DNA from: Octopus sinensis
Lineage: Eukaryota
Assembly (NCBI RefSeq): GCF_006345805.1
Contig: NW_021833307.1
Coordinates: 1 to 58,368, forward strand
Direction: 5' to 3'
Length of the DNA: 58,368 bases
Below are positions 26,877 through 38,891 of the stretch, piece by piece (the first letter of the stretch is position 1; every line of letters starts with the position of its first letter). Under the pieces are notes generated by a model that made no database searches, had not been told where the DNA came from, and saw only the letters and a program-made list of their open reading frames with translations. The translations under genes were made by a program, and so were the position numbers.

Positions 26877-28488
26877 CAGTCCGACCCCCAAATGGGGCAC
26901 CAAGTGCCCCAAAATGCGGGGGTGCCCCAAAAACAGGGGTTTGTTATTTTTTTAAAAATTAAACCATTAATAAACATCAAAAAACATTTTTACTAAAATA
27001 TTCAGTTATTTTCTTTTTATTTGTAGAGTTTTGTCTGATATTGTTCGTCAATTTCAGCCGAAAATCAAAAAAATCTCGGAGCATACTTGGTGCAACATTA
27101 GAAATTTTTTCTTCTAAATTGTTAAGCAGATCTTTTGTTTTTGCTACGACATTTTCACTATTTTCGGTTTCTGAATATGTATCATAAACATTATTGTTCA
27201 TGTCTTCGCATTCTCCATCAATTGTTTCGTTAACAACTTGATCTAAATGTTCATCTGTTAGACAGTTTTTTGTTGCATAAGAATCACGGTTCCTGTCGAT
27301 TTTCTTCCAACAATTAACAATACTTTTAGCATCTATTTTCTCCCATCCTTTTGAAATTAGCATCATAACCTGACGCAAATTTAATTTACCAATAGAATGT
27401 GTAAAATCGTTTTCGAAATCTTGAAAACATAAAAATTCCATTAAGAAAGAGGAATAATAATCTTTAAAAATCTTGATTATTCCCATATCCAAAGGTTGCA
27501 AATAGGGCGTTGTATTTTTCGGCAAAAATATTTTAATACTTTCTGGTCATATTTTTCAAAATAATTTTTCACATAAGATAAATCACATGAAGCTTTTTCA
27601 CCACATATTGACTTGAATTGAAGTTCATGCCGCAATTTAAATCTATCAAGCCACCCATTGGAAGCTTTAAAAGAAGTAAATCCAATTTTTGAAGCTGTAA
27701 CTAAGGCAATTTTTTTCAAAATAGGGCCTGAAATCGGAATTTTATCTACGCGTAGTCTTTGAAATATTTCAAAGACTTGATCATCAAATTTATCTTTATC
27801 GGCTTTAAATGTGTCATATTCCTCAGAAATAGTATTGCCGTGTTGCAAGAAAGGTACAATATTTCGTTTTATTCTTGATATTGTTCCTTTACTTGTGTTG
27901 TACTTTTTCATTAGTTGCCTCTCAGATAAATTTTTCTTCAAAATTTCTTTAGCAATCTTCAATTTAGTTTCGTAATCCATAACCACAACAATAAAAATAT
28001 AAATTGAAAATAAAACAAAAAATAATTAATTTATTATAATTTTATTTTATTTTTAATTCCTTATAAATGATTTTATGGTGCCCCAAAAATTCCATAATTT
28101 TTTATCGATTTTTATTTTTTTTCTGCCAAAATGTACTTTTGGAATAAAGTGCCCCAAATTGCGGGGGTGCCCCAAAATCCGAGGGTGCCCCACCCCTGGG
28201 GTCTGCCCCATTTTGGGGTCGGACTGTAGTTTCGTAATCCATAACCACAACAATAAAAATATAAATTGAAAATAAAACAAAAAATAATTAATTTATTATA
28301 ATTTTATTTTATTTTTAATTCCTTATAAATGATTTTATGGTGCCCCAAAAATTCCATAATTTTTTATCGATTTTTATTTTTTTTCTGCCAAAATGTACTT
28401 TTGGAATAAAGTGCCCCAAATTGCGGGGGTGCCCCAAAATCCGAGGGTGCCCCACCCCTGGGGTCTGCCCCATTTTGGGGTCGGACTG
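26877..28488 (-). mobile_element. pogo/Tigger-family DNA transposon, internally deleted, with a duplicated right end
   Basis: TIR CAGTCCGACCCC(C/A)AAATGGGGCA at 26877, with inverses ending at 28226 and 28488, each flanked by TA. CENP-B-type HTH (IPISGPILKKIA..FKASNGWLDRFKLRH) and LPKNTT..QPLDMGIIK; most of the DDE core is missing. Subterminal GTGCCCCAAAA repeats. Confidence 0.9.
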
Positions 28489-29230
28489 TAGTCACTTTAA
28501 AGGTTATTAATTAATTTTTTAAAAAGGTGTTAAAAAGATAACAGACCAAGAATGAGAAAATAGGTAAAATGGTATTTTTTGCCATTAATAAATAAATTAG
28601 AAAAAATTATTTTGAAAAAAATTTGAAAATTTTTCATTTGTACAACAACGAACACAATTTTTTGGCAAAACAATAATGGGATTTATATCAGTTATACGCA
28701 AAAAAACGAATGCTAATTCTATCTCTTCAAAATTCCATATGAAATCGCACAAAAATAATGTAACTTTGAGTGATGTAATTTAAAGATTAAAGTTAAAAAA
28801 GATTTTGGTGCTAATCATGCGCTAAGATTGGAAGAAATTGAGATGCCTATGCCAATATGGCTGCAGTAGAATTATTACTAATAAATAATCTAGTCAAAAT
28901 AACAATGAATGCTTAAAATTAGATTCGCTACGAAATTGAAAAACGGAACGTGTACGGATTTTGGAACAAAAATGATTAAAAACCATAAAAATTATTTACA
29001 ATAAAATTTCCATCGAATATTTTTTAATTCAAATTTTTTGTCCTATTTTTTCAATTTCCATTAAATATTTCTGTGAAAATAGATTATGTAAATTAGTTCG
29101 AGGATCAGCGTTGAAGCTCTAAAAATTAGTGTTTAAGTCACTTATAACCAAGCGTTTGGATTTTTCTTGGAAATTTTTTGTTAAGATATTAAGACATTTA
29201 TTGATCAAAGAAGCAGGGTAAAACAGTTAA

Positions 29231-29600
29231 TTATAATCCGCGTGATCCCCGATTCACTTCGCAAGCGACCGCAATTCTTCGGAAAGGTTCGATCCCGTCC
29301 ACGGTGATCGGTCTGGGACGACGATGTCCCCGGGTCAGAGTCCCAGAAATCCCTTTTCGGTAGCCATTAGGTGCCTTCTGAGGCATATCCGATTGGAAGT
29401 TCTAACTGACATGGTGGACTACATAAGGCTACGCTAAGACCGGAATGTAAAAGATCCCCATTTTCAACTATGTCGTGCCAAAAGGACTCGTCGCCTCGCA
29501 GGCAAAAGAAGAATGACGAGAATTAACCCATTGTTGGAAACTAGCCTCCTTTGGATTCGAACCCACGACTGTCCAGATCCAGCATCCATAGCTAAAGCTT
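29231..29600 (-). mobile_element. Candidate tRNA-headed SINE (370 bp)
   Basis: GC-rich island in AT-rich DNA, flanked by CAGTTAA (29224-29230, 29601-29607). The minus strand starts AAGCTTTAGCTATGG (A-box-like) and ..GGTTCGAATCC (B box), and ends ATTATAA. Confidence 0.55.
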
Positions 29601-29649
29601 CAGTTAAAGTAAGAGATATTTTTGTTAAAATAGGATATACCAAAAAAAC

Positions 29650-30230
29650 TGTTCGTTAAACATTCAATTACTGGAAAATTAATGAGGAAATAAATGACTA
29701 TTTAAATACAATTTAATCCTTTATAAGTCGGATACTTTGTCATTAAGAAATCCAAAGATATTAAGAGGAAGCATCGTAGTGGTGATTATTCTTTCATTTT
29801 GAATGATTTACACAAGCAATATATTTTTAATTTGGTCGATGATAGTCAATTATCGACACAATCAAAGTTAAAAGACACACTGTTTTTTGAATATATGATA
29901 AATATCAGTCAAAGTAAAATTAACAGATGTCTTGAAGATTTTCACAATGTAATTAAACAATCCTAAACAATATTTTGATACCACAATTAATCTAGAGAAA
30001 ATATAAAGATTATTTCCGACGTTACAAACTGAAATCGAATATAAGATCATATTTTTTCTCGATGAAATATGATTTTCTATTTGGAAGCGTGCGAAAAATA
30101 CAGAGCAATATTTTGAAATTTTCCCTATTTATAGTGGCTTAAGTAAAAAGCAGAAACATATCTCTTTTACAGTATTGAATAGATATTGAATGATTTTCCA
30201 CTGAAATTTTCAATTTTTTAATGGACAGAC
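29650..30230 (+). pseudogene. Degenerate IS630/Tc1-like transposase remnant
   Basis: Broken reading RKHRSG..ILNDLHKQYIFNLVDD..KLKDTL..NISQSKINRCLEDF.. then ..FLDE. Duplicate at about 55300-55880. Confidence 0.45.
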
Positions 30231-30691
30231 TTTTAAAGAATGTCTGATAAAAAACTCAAAAAATGGCATAAAATTCATAATATGTGACATGGGCTGCGCG
30301 ATACCTACGGGCCGCGTGATACCTGACGTGACCTTGAAATGTGCAATTATGACATTGATGGGATTAAATTATAAATCTTTTAATTAGACCGCGACTCATT
30401 CTTATCATTTAATGTGGCGCTCCATGCAGGTTACACCAATTTTAAGCGTTACATTTTGACCTTGTGACATGACAGTTGACTTTGACAGGTGACAGGCTTC
30501 ATAAAAATCGAAATCTCAATTTTAAATATCATTTTTAAGTAAGTGATGCAGAATAAAACACCACATAGCAATAAAAGACCACATTGTTCAAAAATGAAAA
30601 TATAATTTATTATTTTATATAAACTTATAAAAAAAATAAATATAAAAACAGAAAATTTTTTTAGAAATTATTTTTTAAAACTGCTACTATC

Positions 30692-31000
30692 CAGTGGTTC
30701 TTTACCTTTTTTAAGTCAGCGCCCCTTTTGACACAATTTTGAAGCTTCAAAATTTCAGCGCCCAACAAAATCATTAGATTCTAATCCAACAAAATCCCAA
30801 CCCGAACACATCCTAACCCTAACCATTTACTAATCCAAACCCTAACCTAACCCCTATCTTGATACTAATTCAACCAAACTGTAACTCCAAACCTACCCTA
30901 ACCCATATCTTGATCCTAATCCAAACAAACCCTAACTCCAACCCTAACCCCTATCTTGATACTAATCCAACCAAACCCTAACTCCAACCATACCCTAACT
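30692..31000. mobile_element. hAT (Charlie-like) terminus followed by a degenerate CCCTAA-like repeat tract
   Basis: CAGTGGTTCTTTACCTTTTT resembles Charlie/hAT ends. 30780-31000 is made of CCTAAC/CCCTAA variants with a higher-order unit of about 45 bp. Duplicate at 56341-56650. Confidence 0.5.
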
Positions 31001-31872
31001 CAGGGGTCACCAAACTTTTTGCACTCGCGGGCCGGATTGACCCCAACACAATGAACGCGGGCCGGAGCACGTTCATAGGATTATAATTTTACTAGAAATT
31101 CATAAGTGTGTTTTTTACAATAAAAACTAATTTAAACAAAATAAAGTAAACAAAAATTTTAATGAGAGCTATGGAACTGTGATCTTTTTTGATAAGTTCA
31201 TCAATATTTGGTTTTAAATTGCTGCATCCTATCATGAGAATTGATTTTAAGTGTCCGTCAGTCAATCTTGCACGATGGGCAGACTTAACATATTTCATCC
31301 TCGAAAACGTTTGCTCACATTGGTAAGTTGTGCCAAATATAGAAATCATCTTTATCGCAAAATTCTTTAGTCTCGGAAACTCATCATCCTTGAGATATTC
31401 GTAGAACTCAGCGAGTTTGGTCCGTCTGTGACAATCTTTGAGCTGTTCATTTGATTGTAAGTCAATAACTTCTAATTGTAATTCATGTTGAACATTTTCA
31501 ACATTACAAGAAAATGGATTTTCGAACAAAATTATATCGCTTTCAATTTTGTCAAATTCAGAAAACTTATGTAAAAAATGATGTTGTAATTCTTTGATAA
31601 TTCCAATTTGGAAAGTAATGTCGATCTCATTATAGTTTGCCTCACAAAAACTTTTAAAACAAGAAAAGTGTGAAAACTGACGTACTCCAAGTTGTGACTC
31701 GAATAACATCAATTTTTGTCAAAATGCTTTAATTATCCTGTAGAAATCACAAATTAAGTTTTCCTTTCCTTGTAATTTCAGATTTAGCTCATTCATGTGA
31801 GTTGTAACATCAACCAAAAATGATAATTTTGATAGCCAAGCAAGATCTGATAATTCGGGATAATTGTCTAGA
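31001..31872 (-). mobile_element. hAT (SPIN/Buster/GTF2IRD2-like) 3' fragment with one TIR
   Basis: Terminus CAGGGGTCACCAAACT at 31001; transposase C-terminus PELSDLAWL..LNLKLQGK..FGTTYQCEQTFSRMK..RARLTD.HL. Confidence 0.85.
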
Positions 31873-31892
31873 CTCTAGACAATTATCCCGAA
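31854..31892. other. Perfect 39-bp palindrome (19-bp arms, 1-nt spacer)
   Basis: TTCGGGATAATTGTCTAGA-C-TCTAGACAATTATCCCGAA; duplicate at 57504-57542. Confidence 0.95.
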
Positions 31893-32260
31893 ATGGAGAT
31901 CGTTGCTAAAAGTTTGCATGACTTCTCGCATGGAGGAGTTAACAAAATTGAATATGAATGTCGACAACAATATTTCACAGTTAAAAATGAGATTATTCGA
32001 AAAGTCATTCGAAACTGTGAAATTTGTAAATTTGCGCGACCCTTAAAAGTTTTAACTTTTTTAAATCCTAGATTGGAGATATAAATAACCATGTCTTCGC
32101 ATCTTGTTCAAATGAAAGATTTCAGATAGATCTTATAGATCTGAAAAGTTTTTCTACTATAAATAAAAATTTTAAATTTTTATAAATGTTTGATTGGATT
32201 GAGATCTGGTGATTGACTTGGCCATTCCAAAACATTTATTTTGTTCCTTAGTAACTATTC

Positions 32261-32735
32261 GCCGGAATCCCCTCCCTGCTTGAACCCACTGGGATCGATC
32301 GGGGGGACGGAAAAAGGCCTGACGGGATAACTGTGTTTCCTTTCAACAGGGGGAAGCCTCTCACCTGGGATGCCACGTGTGTGGACTCTTTCTCGCCTCA
32401 GAACCTGCTGATGTCGGGCTCCGCTCCTGGATCTATTGTCACAACCGCGGAATGCAAAAAGATGCGGAAGTACTCCTCACTTACGGAGAAGTTCCAATTC
32501 CTTCCATTCGCGGTTGAGACTTCCGGTTCCTTGGGCAGTAAGGCAATCAGCTTCGTTCAGGAGATCGGGTCCCGCATGTCTGCCATCACAGGCGACGCCC
32601 GCGAATCGAGATGGTTTTTCGAGCGGATATCCCTTGCGATAGTACGCCCTAACTCTTTCTTGATCGCGTCGGCTTCCCGCCCTTGAAGCTTTTAATTAAT
32701 TAACTTGTAGTTATTGGTTGGTTTGTCAAAAAAAA
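32261..32735 (+). mobile_element. CRE-like family A fragment (duplicate copy)
   Basis: Same as 6727-7196; ORF 32333-32686; TSD at 32253-32260 and 32736-32743. Confidence 0.85.
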
Positions 32736-32962
32736 AACTATTCAACAGTTATTTTTTCTTATGTTTTGGGTCGCTGTCATGTGAAATGTCCATTGTTGTG
32801 TCAAATTTAATTTAGCGACCAAGATTTCGTAATATTTAAGCGAATTCATTATTCCATCTATTACAAATACAGTAGATTTTATTTCTAACGAAAATTCGAA
32901 TTTATTTATTTTTACACATAAAATCAGTTATTAAAAGTTTTTTTCCTTTTTTATATTTTGCA

Positions 32963-33674
32963 TTACAGTTCGTAATTTATCCATAATTGGTATATTTGAA
33001 GGTGAATTTTGTAGAATAAACTTTTCCATGGTCTCAATTGCACACATTGCATCACAAAACCAACTTTCTCTATATCCTCATCATTTTTATTCTCTTGATT
33101 CTTATCTTCAAAGGAATCAATTGTTCGCAAAAATTCTTCATCATTATTGTTGCAAATTTTATAGGTACAATTTTTATTATCATCAGAAACCGGAGAGTCC
33201 TTCTTAATAGTACACCTTTTTGATATCTTGCTTTTACGTTGCTTTACCAATATAAAATAAAAATACTTTCTTAACTGTAAATAATTTCCCATGTAAATAT
33301 TTAGCTGCTGTCGAATAATGGATAGAAATTCCAGTTTCATTAAGTAGTCTCGCACAAATTTCACTTAGAGTGATAACAGGATTTTCCTCAACATAGTTCA
33401 TCATTCTCGATATTTCAGTGTCTGTGATTTTTGAGCATCTGAATCCTCCACGTTTTTTATTAGGTTGTGAAGCATTTCGTATGCATTTATAAGCTGTATT
33501 TCGCTTAACTCCATTCGAATCCGCCACAATATGCCAATCTGCATCTTCATTTTGATAAGCAGATATAATTCTCATTTTGGCTTCCAAATTTGTTTTATTA
33601 TATGTTTTACTAACACGAGAAAAAGTATTCATAGTTTTAACAAAAGTATTCATTCCGAACGGACAAAAATCCAT
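32963..33674 (-). CDS. Candidate chimeric ORF: IS630/Tc1-like HTH exon plus acidic exon joined by a putative 25-nt intron
   Basis: ORF 33234-33674 (HTH) and ORF 32963-33364 are in different frames. Removing gtatttttattttatattggtaaag (33240-33264) gives ...KLFTVKK|QRKSKISKR...NYEL*. Confidence 0.35.
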
Positions 33675-33699
33675 TTATATTTTTTTCGATACGTAATTT

Positions 33700-34255
33700 T
33701 GACATTAGAAACCACAATAATGACGTTTGACATCTCAGTTCGGATATTAGAAACCACAGTAATGACCTTTGACATCTCAGTTCGGATATTAGAAACCACA
33801 GTAATGACCTTTGACATCTCAGTTCGGATATTAGAAACCACAGTAATGACGTTTGACATCTCAGTTCGGATATTAGAAACCACAGTAATGACCTTTGACA
33901 TCTCAGTTCGGATATTAAAAACCACAGTAATGACGTTTGACATCTCAGTTCGGATATTAGAAACCACAGTAATGACCTTTGACATCTCAGTTCGGATATT
34001 AGAAACCACAGTAATGACCTTTGACATCTCAGTTCGGATATTAGAAACCACAGTAATGACGTTTGACATCTCAGTTCGGATATTAGAAACCACAGTAATG
34101 ACGTTTGACATCTCAGTTCGGATATTAGAAACCACAGTAATGACCTTTGACATCTCAGTTCGGATATTAGAAACCACAGTAATGACGTTTGACATCTCAG
34201 TTCGGATATTAGAAACTACAATAATGACTTTTGACGTCTCGATCTGGACATTTGA
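33700..34255. repeat. 42-bp minisatellite, uninterrupted copy
   Basis: 12 full units with exact 42-bp period from 33729 to 34232, plus degenerate ends. Confidence 0.95.
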
Positions 34256-34944
34256 CAGCAAAAAGGTGTAGAGTCATCCGGAGTGTCCTGCTTTGCCACT
34301 TGCTAAATGCTTTTTCAAAGCAATTCGTTACTGTTGTTCTTTTAATTTCATCCCAGCTTCAATTATCAATGGTATTGCATCAACTAGTTTGAAATTCCTG
34401 AGTATTTTATCTTTGAGATCATAAGATGACATTTAAATAAAAAGTCAGCATGGCTTTAATATAAAAATACAGGATTGACCAATTGCTCATTACCTGATAT
34501 AATACGGTATTTTATTCCAAATTAATTCTTAAAAGAATTGCCATTTTTTACAATTTTTATCCCATTTGTTGTAGCATTTTATTTGTAATAGTATTGCCAA
34601 ATGACCTTTTATTCTGAATACATTCATAAAGAGGCATATGAATTAAAAAAACTTTAAGGAAATTTTGTTAGAATTCTTATTTTCGGAATAGGATTCATTT
34701 CTTATGATTTTGTTTATTGTTCCTATTGGCATGTTTTATACTTTACTCCATTGAAATTTTGTAATGCTTAAAATTTTTTTATAGTTAAAAACTTCGAGCT
34801 TTCTTTGAAAACATTATGCTTTTCGATTTTTTTGCGTTATTCTTACGTGAACAAATGAGTCAAAGGTCGAAAACTCGTTTTCGTTAAAAATTGATTTTCT
34901 TCCGATTTGATTAAAATAATTTTTGTTGAATTAAAAAACGTACT

Positions 34945-35600
34945 GTAATTCACCGACGCCTGTTGATGAAAAACAGCCCCACAGCATGATACTTCCTCCC
35001 CAGTGCTTTATGGTAGGTATGGTGCATTTTTGGTTATACGTCTGATTGAATTCAGGTGCCCCCTGAGCGTTTCGAATACGCCTGAATTGCGAGATTCAAG
35101 AGAGTTAGTGAACCACATAACGCCACGTTGATATAAGTACAGTCCGAAAAGTTGTATTTTTGATTCATCCGACCATAAAATATTGTTTATGAATTCATTT
35201 TCTTTATTTAAAAGATATTTGGCATATTTAAGTCGTGCAGAAATGTTTATTTTCTTTGATAATGGAACACGACGAATCCTTCGTTTATTGATACCTTCAG
35301 TGCGTAGTGTATAAGTAATTGTATAAATGGATACTAATGCCAATTCTTTTTAAGTAATTCTTAGTTTTGTACGGACTATTCTTTTCATTAATGAGCAAGA
35401 ACGTTGAGTTATTTTCTTTGCACCACCTGATCCAGATCGATTAATGGTAGTTTCGTCTTGTTTCCATTAGGTAATAATATTCCAACAGTACTCTTTGGTA
35501 ATATCTGCAATTTAGAAATCTTTTCATAACTTTTACCTCTTTGGTATGCCGTTACAACTTGTTGTTTTAGGTCCAAATAATGCTCTTTTCTTGTCGCCAT
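34945..35600 (-). mobile_element. Degenerate Tc1-like transposase gene, empty-site copy
   Basis: ORFs 35409-35600 and 35008-35343 (ILWSDESKI). Lacks the 488-bp nested insertion. Confidence 0.8.
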
Positions 35601-35653
35601 GAGTATTTTAATAACGAGCGAAAAATGAAAGTGTATTTATACTAATCAGAATC

Positions 35654-36221
35654 TATGAAACAAAGCCTCCCTCCGGTCATTCGTCTTCAAGGTAATTTTA
35701 TCACCGAGCATACGCAACAACCTCTCGGCCTCCTTACCGACCACGACAGTGGTCTCAAAAGCAAAAGAGACAAACTTGTTAGTGTCAGTAAGGAGTACGT
35801 ATTTCGACCTCTTCCTCTACTCCGCAAGTGCGCAAGCGTATCCTGGAGAACATGCTATCTAGGGCAACAGGGTCACGGAAAAAGATTTACCGTCTAAAAC
35901 AATTGACCTACCTCCCCTGCAAGGGAACGTAGTCATCCCGTCAGGACGTTTTCCGTCGTTTCGAAGGAATCCAACCGGTTCCAAAGGGACGGGAATCTGG
36001 CGGAATCCAAAACCCTCTTCATGACATCATTGAGAAATGCATGGCGCGGTAAACGGCCAGCACTTCTCTTACATAACAGTGCGTGTAACCCGCTTTGTGA
36101 GATCATCGAACCACACCGACAACGGTGCGGATGGCACATGTCCAATCCCAGTCGCAAACAAAAGCTGATACGGACGGTTTTGTCCCCCAACGGCAGACCA
36201 TCAGACATCAGTGGGAGAGCA
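35654..36221 (-). mobile_element. CRE-like family C fragment (duplicate copy)
   Basis: Same as 11333-11898; TSD at 35644-35653 and 36222-36231. Confidence 0.8.
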
Positions 36222-36841
36222 AATCAGAATCGATTAATCAATTTTATTGAAATTACGACTAATTAATCATTTCGAAAGAAAAAGAAGCGAAATAAAGATA
36301 ATCATTTATATCTTATTGCGGAAAAAATTCATATTTCTTTGATAGTCCCATCACTTTTTCCCATATATAATTGACATTCAATTAAAGTGGAGTTTCAATG
36401 ATAATTATTTGAAATTCGTGAAAATAATTAATACATTAATTCTAAAATTTGAATGACAAATAATTCCATTGATAAAAAGAGATTAAAAATAATACACGAT
36501 TTCATTATACAAGCTATCAAAAATGGTAATCATTCTAAAACATGTCATTAAAAAAAGATAGGCGTCCACAACTTATTTTCCCCATTGTATATTCACGTTT
36601 AAGTTCTCGAATTTTAATTTTCATTTAGACGTATTACTCTTTTAAAACATACTAAATTAGATGGAATGAATCTAGTTTTAAAGTAATGCGACGTCTGTTT
36701 TTCCTTGTATTTCTAAACTCACTCCTCCTTCGAGGTTCACCATATACAAAATTTAAATCTTAGAAATACAAGAAAAACGATTAAACGGTTCAAAATACAA
36801 TAAAAATTTACTTAGAACTATGAAAACTAACAAAGTATAAG

Positions 36842-37761
36842 TTATTCAATTTTTAGTCTTTTGCTCTGACTGATATGCTCGTCTGATGGACTATCCTGTT
36901 CAATCAACGAATATTGATAAGATTTAGTTCTCTTCCACACATCAAGTTGATCAGAATGAACACCAATCACAACACCAAGAACAGTTTTCCTTGAAAATGC
37001 GTGTTTAAGAACTTGTTTGGGATTTTCGGAAATGCATATTTTACTTTTAGACTTTGAAATCCGGAAGATTTGAGCCATATTCCGCACATCCAAAGGAGAT
37101 CTGACATCAAAGCATTTCTCTGCACACGAACCAAAGACAATTCCCTTTCCAGACACAGCCAAAACAAGACTCAGAGAACTGGCCAGAATATTGACACGTT
37201 GTGAGGGATCTCGAATTGCCCCAGAATAGCATATTTCCACACAAACTCCCCTTTGAACAGACATTTTAAGCTATTTTATACACGATAAGACAACCTGCTT
37301 GCTTGCTGCTTGAAATGAAAGTCTCTGCTGGAAATCGAAGCAAATCAAATCAAAATTGTCATGTGCCCCGACCTGATGTGAATATTAATACCAACCTTCT
37401 CGAGGACTTGGTCGTTGAGGGGAAGGATGGAGACAATATCGTACTTGTTGTAGTTGGATAATTTAGAAATGGTGGCTAATTGGTTTGGATTTTGGACTTT
37501 GATGGTAATTCGTGAAAGTATTTTGATTTTTCCTTCAAATGACTGAATGACTGGGTGATTCATTGTCTCCTCGGGGCACTAATATAATATATATAATAGG
37601 GATACTGGAATTATGTCCTTTTCTCCCTTTCCGAGTTTCTGGTTAATCTTGCTTAAGTCAACACATCTGTTCACAGCAATTGTGTGATAGTCTAAAAATA
37701 TCAATGTTTCGATTGTCTTTTTTAGATCTGTAAAGTTTGTTAAAACTATGTTGAAATCCAT
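36842..37761 (-). CDS. RPP30: RNase P/MRP subunit p30 (duplicate)
   Basis: Near-identical ORFs 36842-37264, 37345-37563 and 37579-37767. Confidence 0.85.
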
Positions 37762-37974
37762 CAACAAGATAACGTTTTATTTATAGACAAAATTGATATG
37801 ATTATTTATTCAATAAATGCGTGTTTTTTTAAATAACTATAATAGAAAAAATAAATAATATTAAAAAAATATTTTGAAAAAAATTAACTCAATCAACGGA
37901 CATTAAATCCTAATTCTGGCCATACCCAATAAAATATTCACAAACAAAAAACTAATAAAAAAACAAAGTCCAAT

Positions 37975-38874
37975 CCTAAAAAGTTTTTTTAAACATCCGA
38001 AAACGTAGACAAACAAAGTCTCCTCTCCCATAAAAGTCCTTCACTCAAACCCATCTCGGAGGCTACCAATCACCAACACAAAATACAGGCCCTGATCGCC
38101 TCCTTGCATTTAATAACCAAATTCCGTGGACATTCCCCAATCGCATCCCCACATCGAATGGCTGCTGGCAGAACGTCAGCACTCTTATAAACCTCGCAAA
38201 CAAGTCCTGTCGAGTAATCTCCCACATTTACCACACTCCTTTGCCTTTTTAGCTGAGATGGGTTCCCCAGTGAGGACCATTTCCATTGCCTGATATTTCC
38301 CTACTGCTCTTGGAAGATTTTGGGTTCCTCCACCGCCAGGACATGTCCCCAATTTGATTTCTGGTTGGCCGAACTGTGCGTTCTCAGAAGCATAAATAAT
38401 ATCGCAGGACATGGCCACCTCACAGCCACCACCCAACTATTAAACTGACATATTTCTTAAGACCACAAATCCATGGACTGCTGCTATTATTGGCAAACGA
38501 AATTTATCAAGACAAGTCCAATTGCCGAATGTATTATTTGAATAACTGGCTGGATATGTCCGATCCAACATTTCAGGAATGTCGGCTCCGGCTAATTGTG
38601 AGTGAATAATACACACCCGCGAATGCCCTGTGAGACCCAGTTAGGATTACGGACTTGATTTGCTCATTTCTCTCAAAGGACTGCAGGCAGGCCTCGATTT
38701 CCAACATTATTTGGTCACAGAGGAGAGTAAAAGCTCGTGGTCTATTCATTTATGAGTCCTATATTTTTGTTTATTCCTACTATATCTGTGATTATCAATT
38801 TGTCTATTCAATTAATATATTTATTTTACTTTGATTGCATAATGTCTGCAAATTATATTAAAAACACCACTCAT
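37975..38874 (-). pseudogene. ECHS1: Enoyl-CoA hydratase duplicate with apparent frameshifts and an RTE insertion 3 bp upstream of the ATG
   Basis: Compared with copy 1 there is a 1-nt deletion near 38841 and a 2-nt deletion near 38750, both in homopolymers, so they may be sequencing errors. The core exon 38185-38436 is intact. Confidence 0.5.
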
Positions 38875-38891
38875 AACAACAAATCACTATA

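Larger units (their letters stand above)
30283..32177 (+). mobile_element. Left part of the same Ginger element, cut by the duplication junction
   Basis: Left TIR at 30283; the integrase reading stops at ...INKNFK, where copy-2 sequence begins. Confidence 0.85.

Noticed and set aside
26685-26996. 103-aa ORF as a gene
   Set aside because: It runs across the pogo left TIR, so it is chimeric. The upstream part has no recognisable motif.
29231-29600. Hammerhead or HDV-like ribozyme, or intact tRNA, in the GC-rich island
   Set aside because: Stems exist, but I could not assemble a CUGANGA/GAAA core, a full HDV double pseudoknot, or a cloverleaf by eye. An Infernal/RNArobo scan would be decisive.
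30780-31000. True telomere or chromosome end
   Set aside because: The tract is degenerate, internal and flanked by transposon sequence on both sides.
33531-34271. 246-aa and 203-aa repeat ORFs as real proteins
   Set aside because: They arise from a 42-bp unit lacking stops in some frames. Copy 1 has frame-breaking 41-bp units and an insertion.
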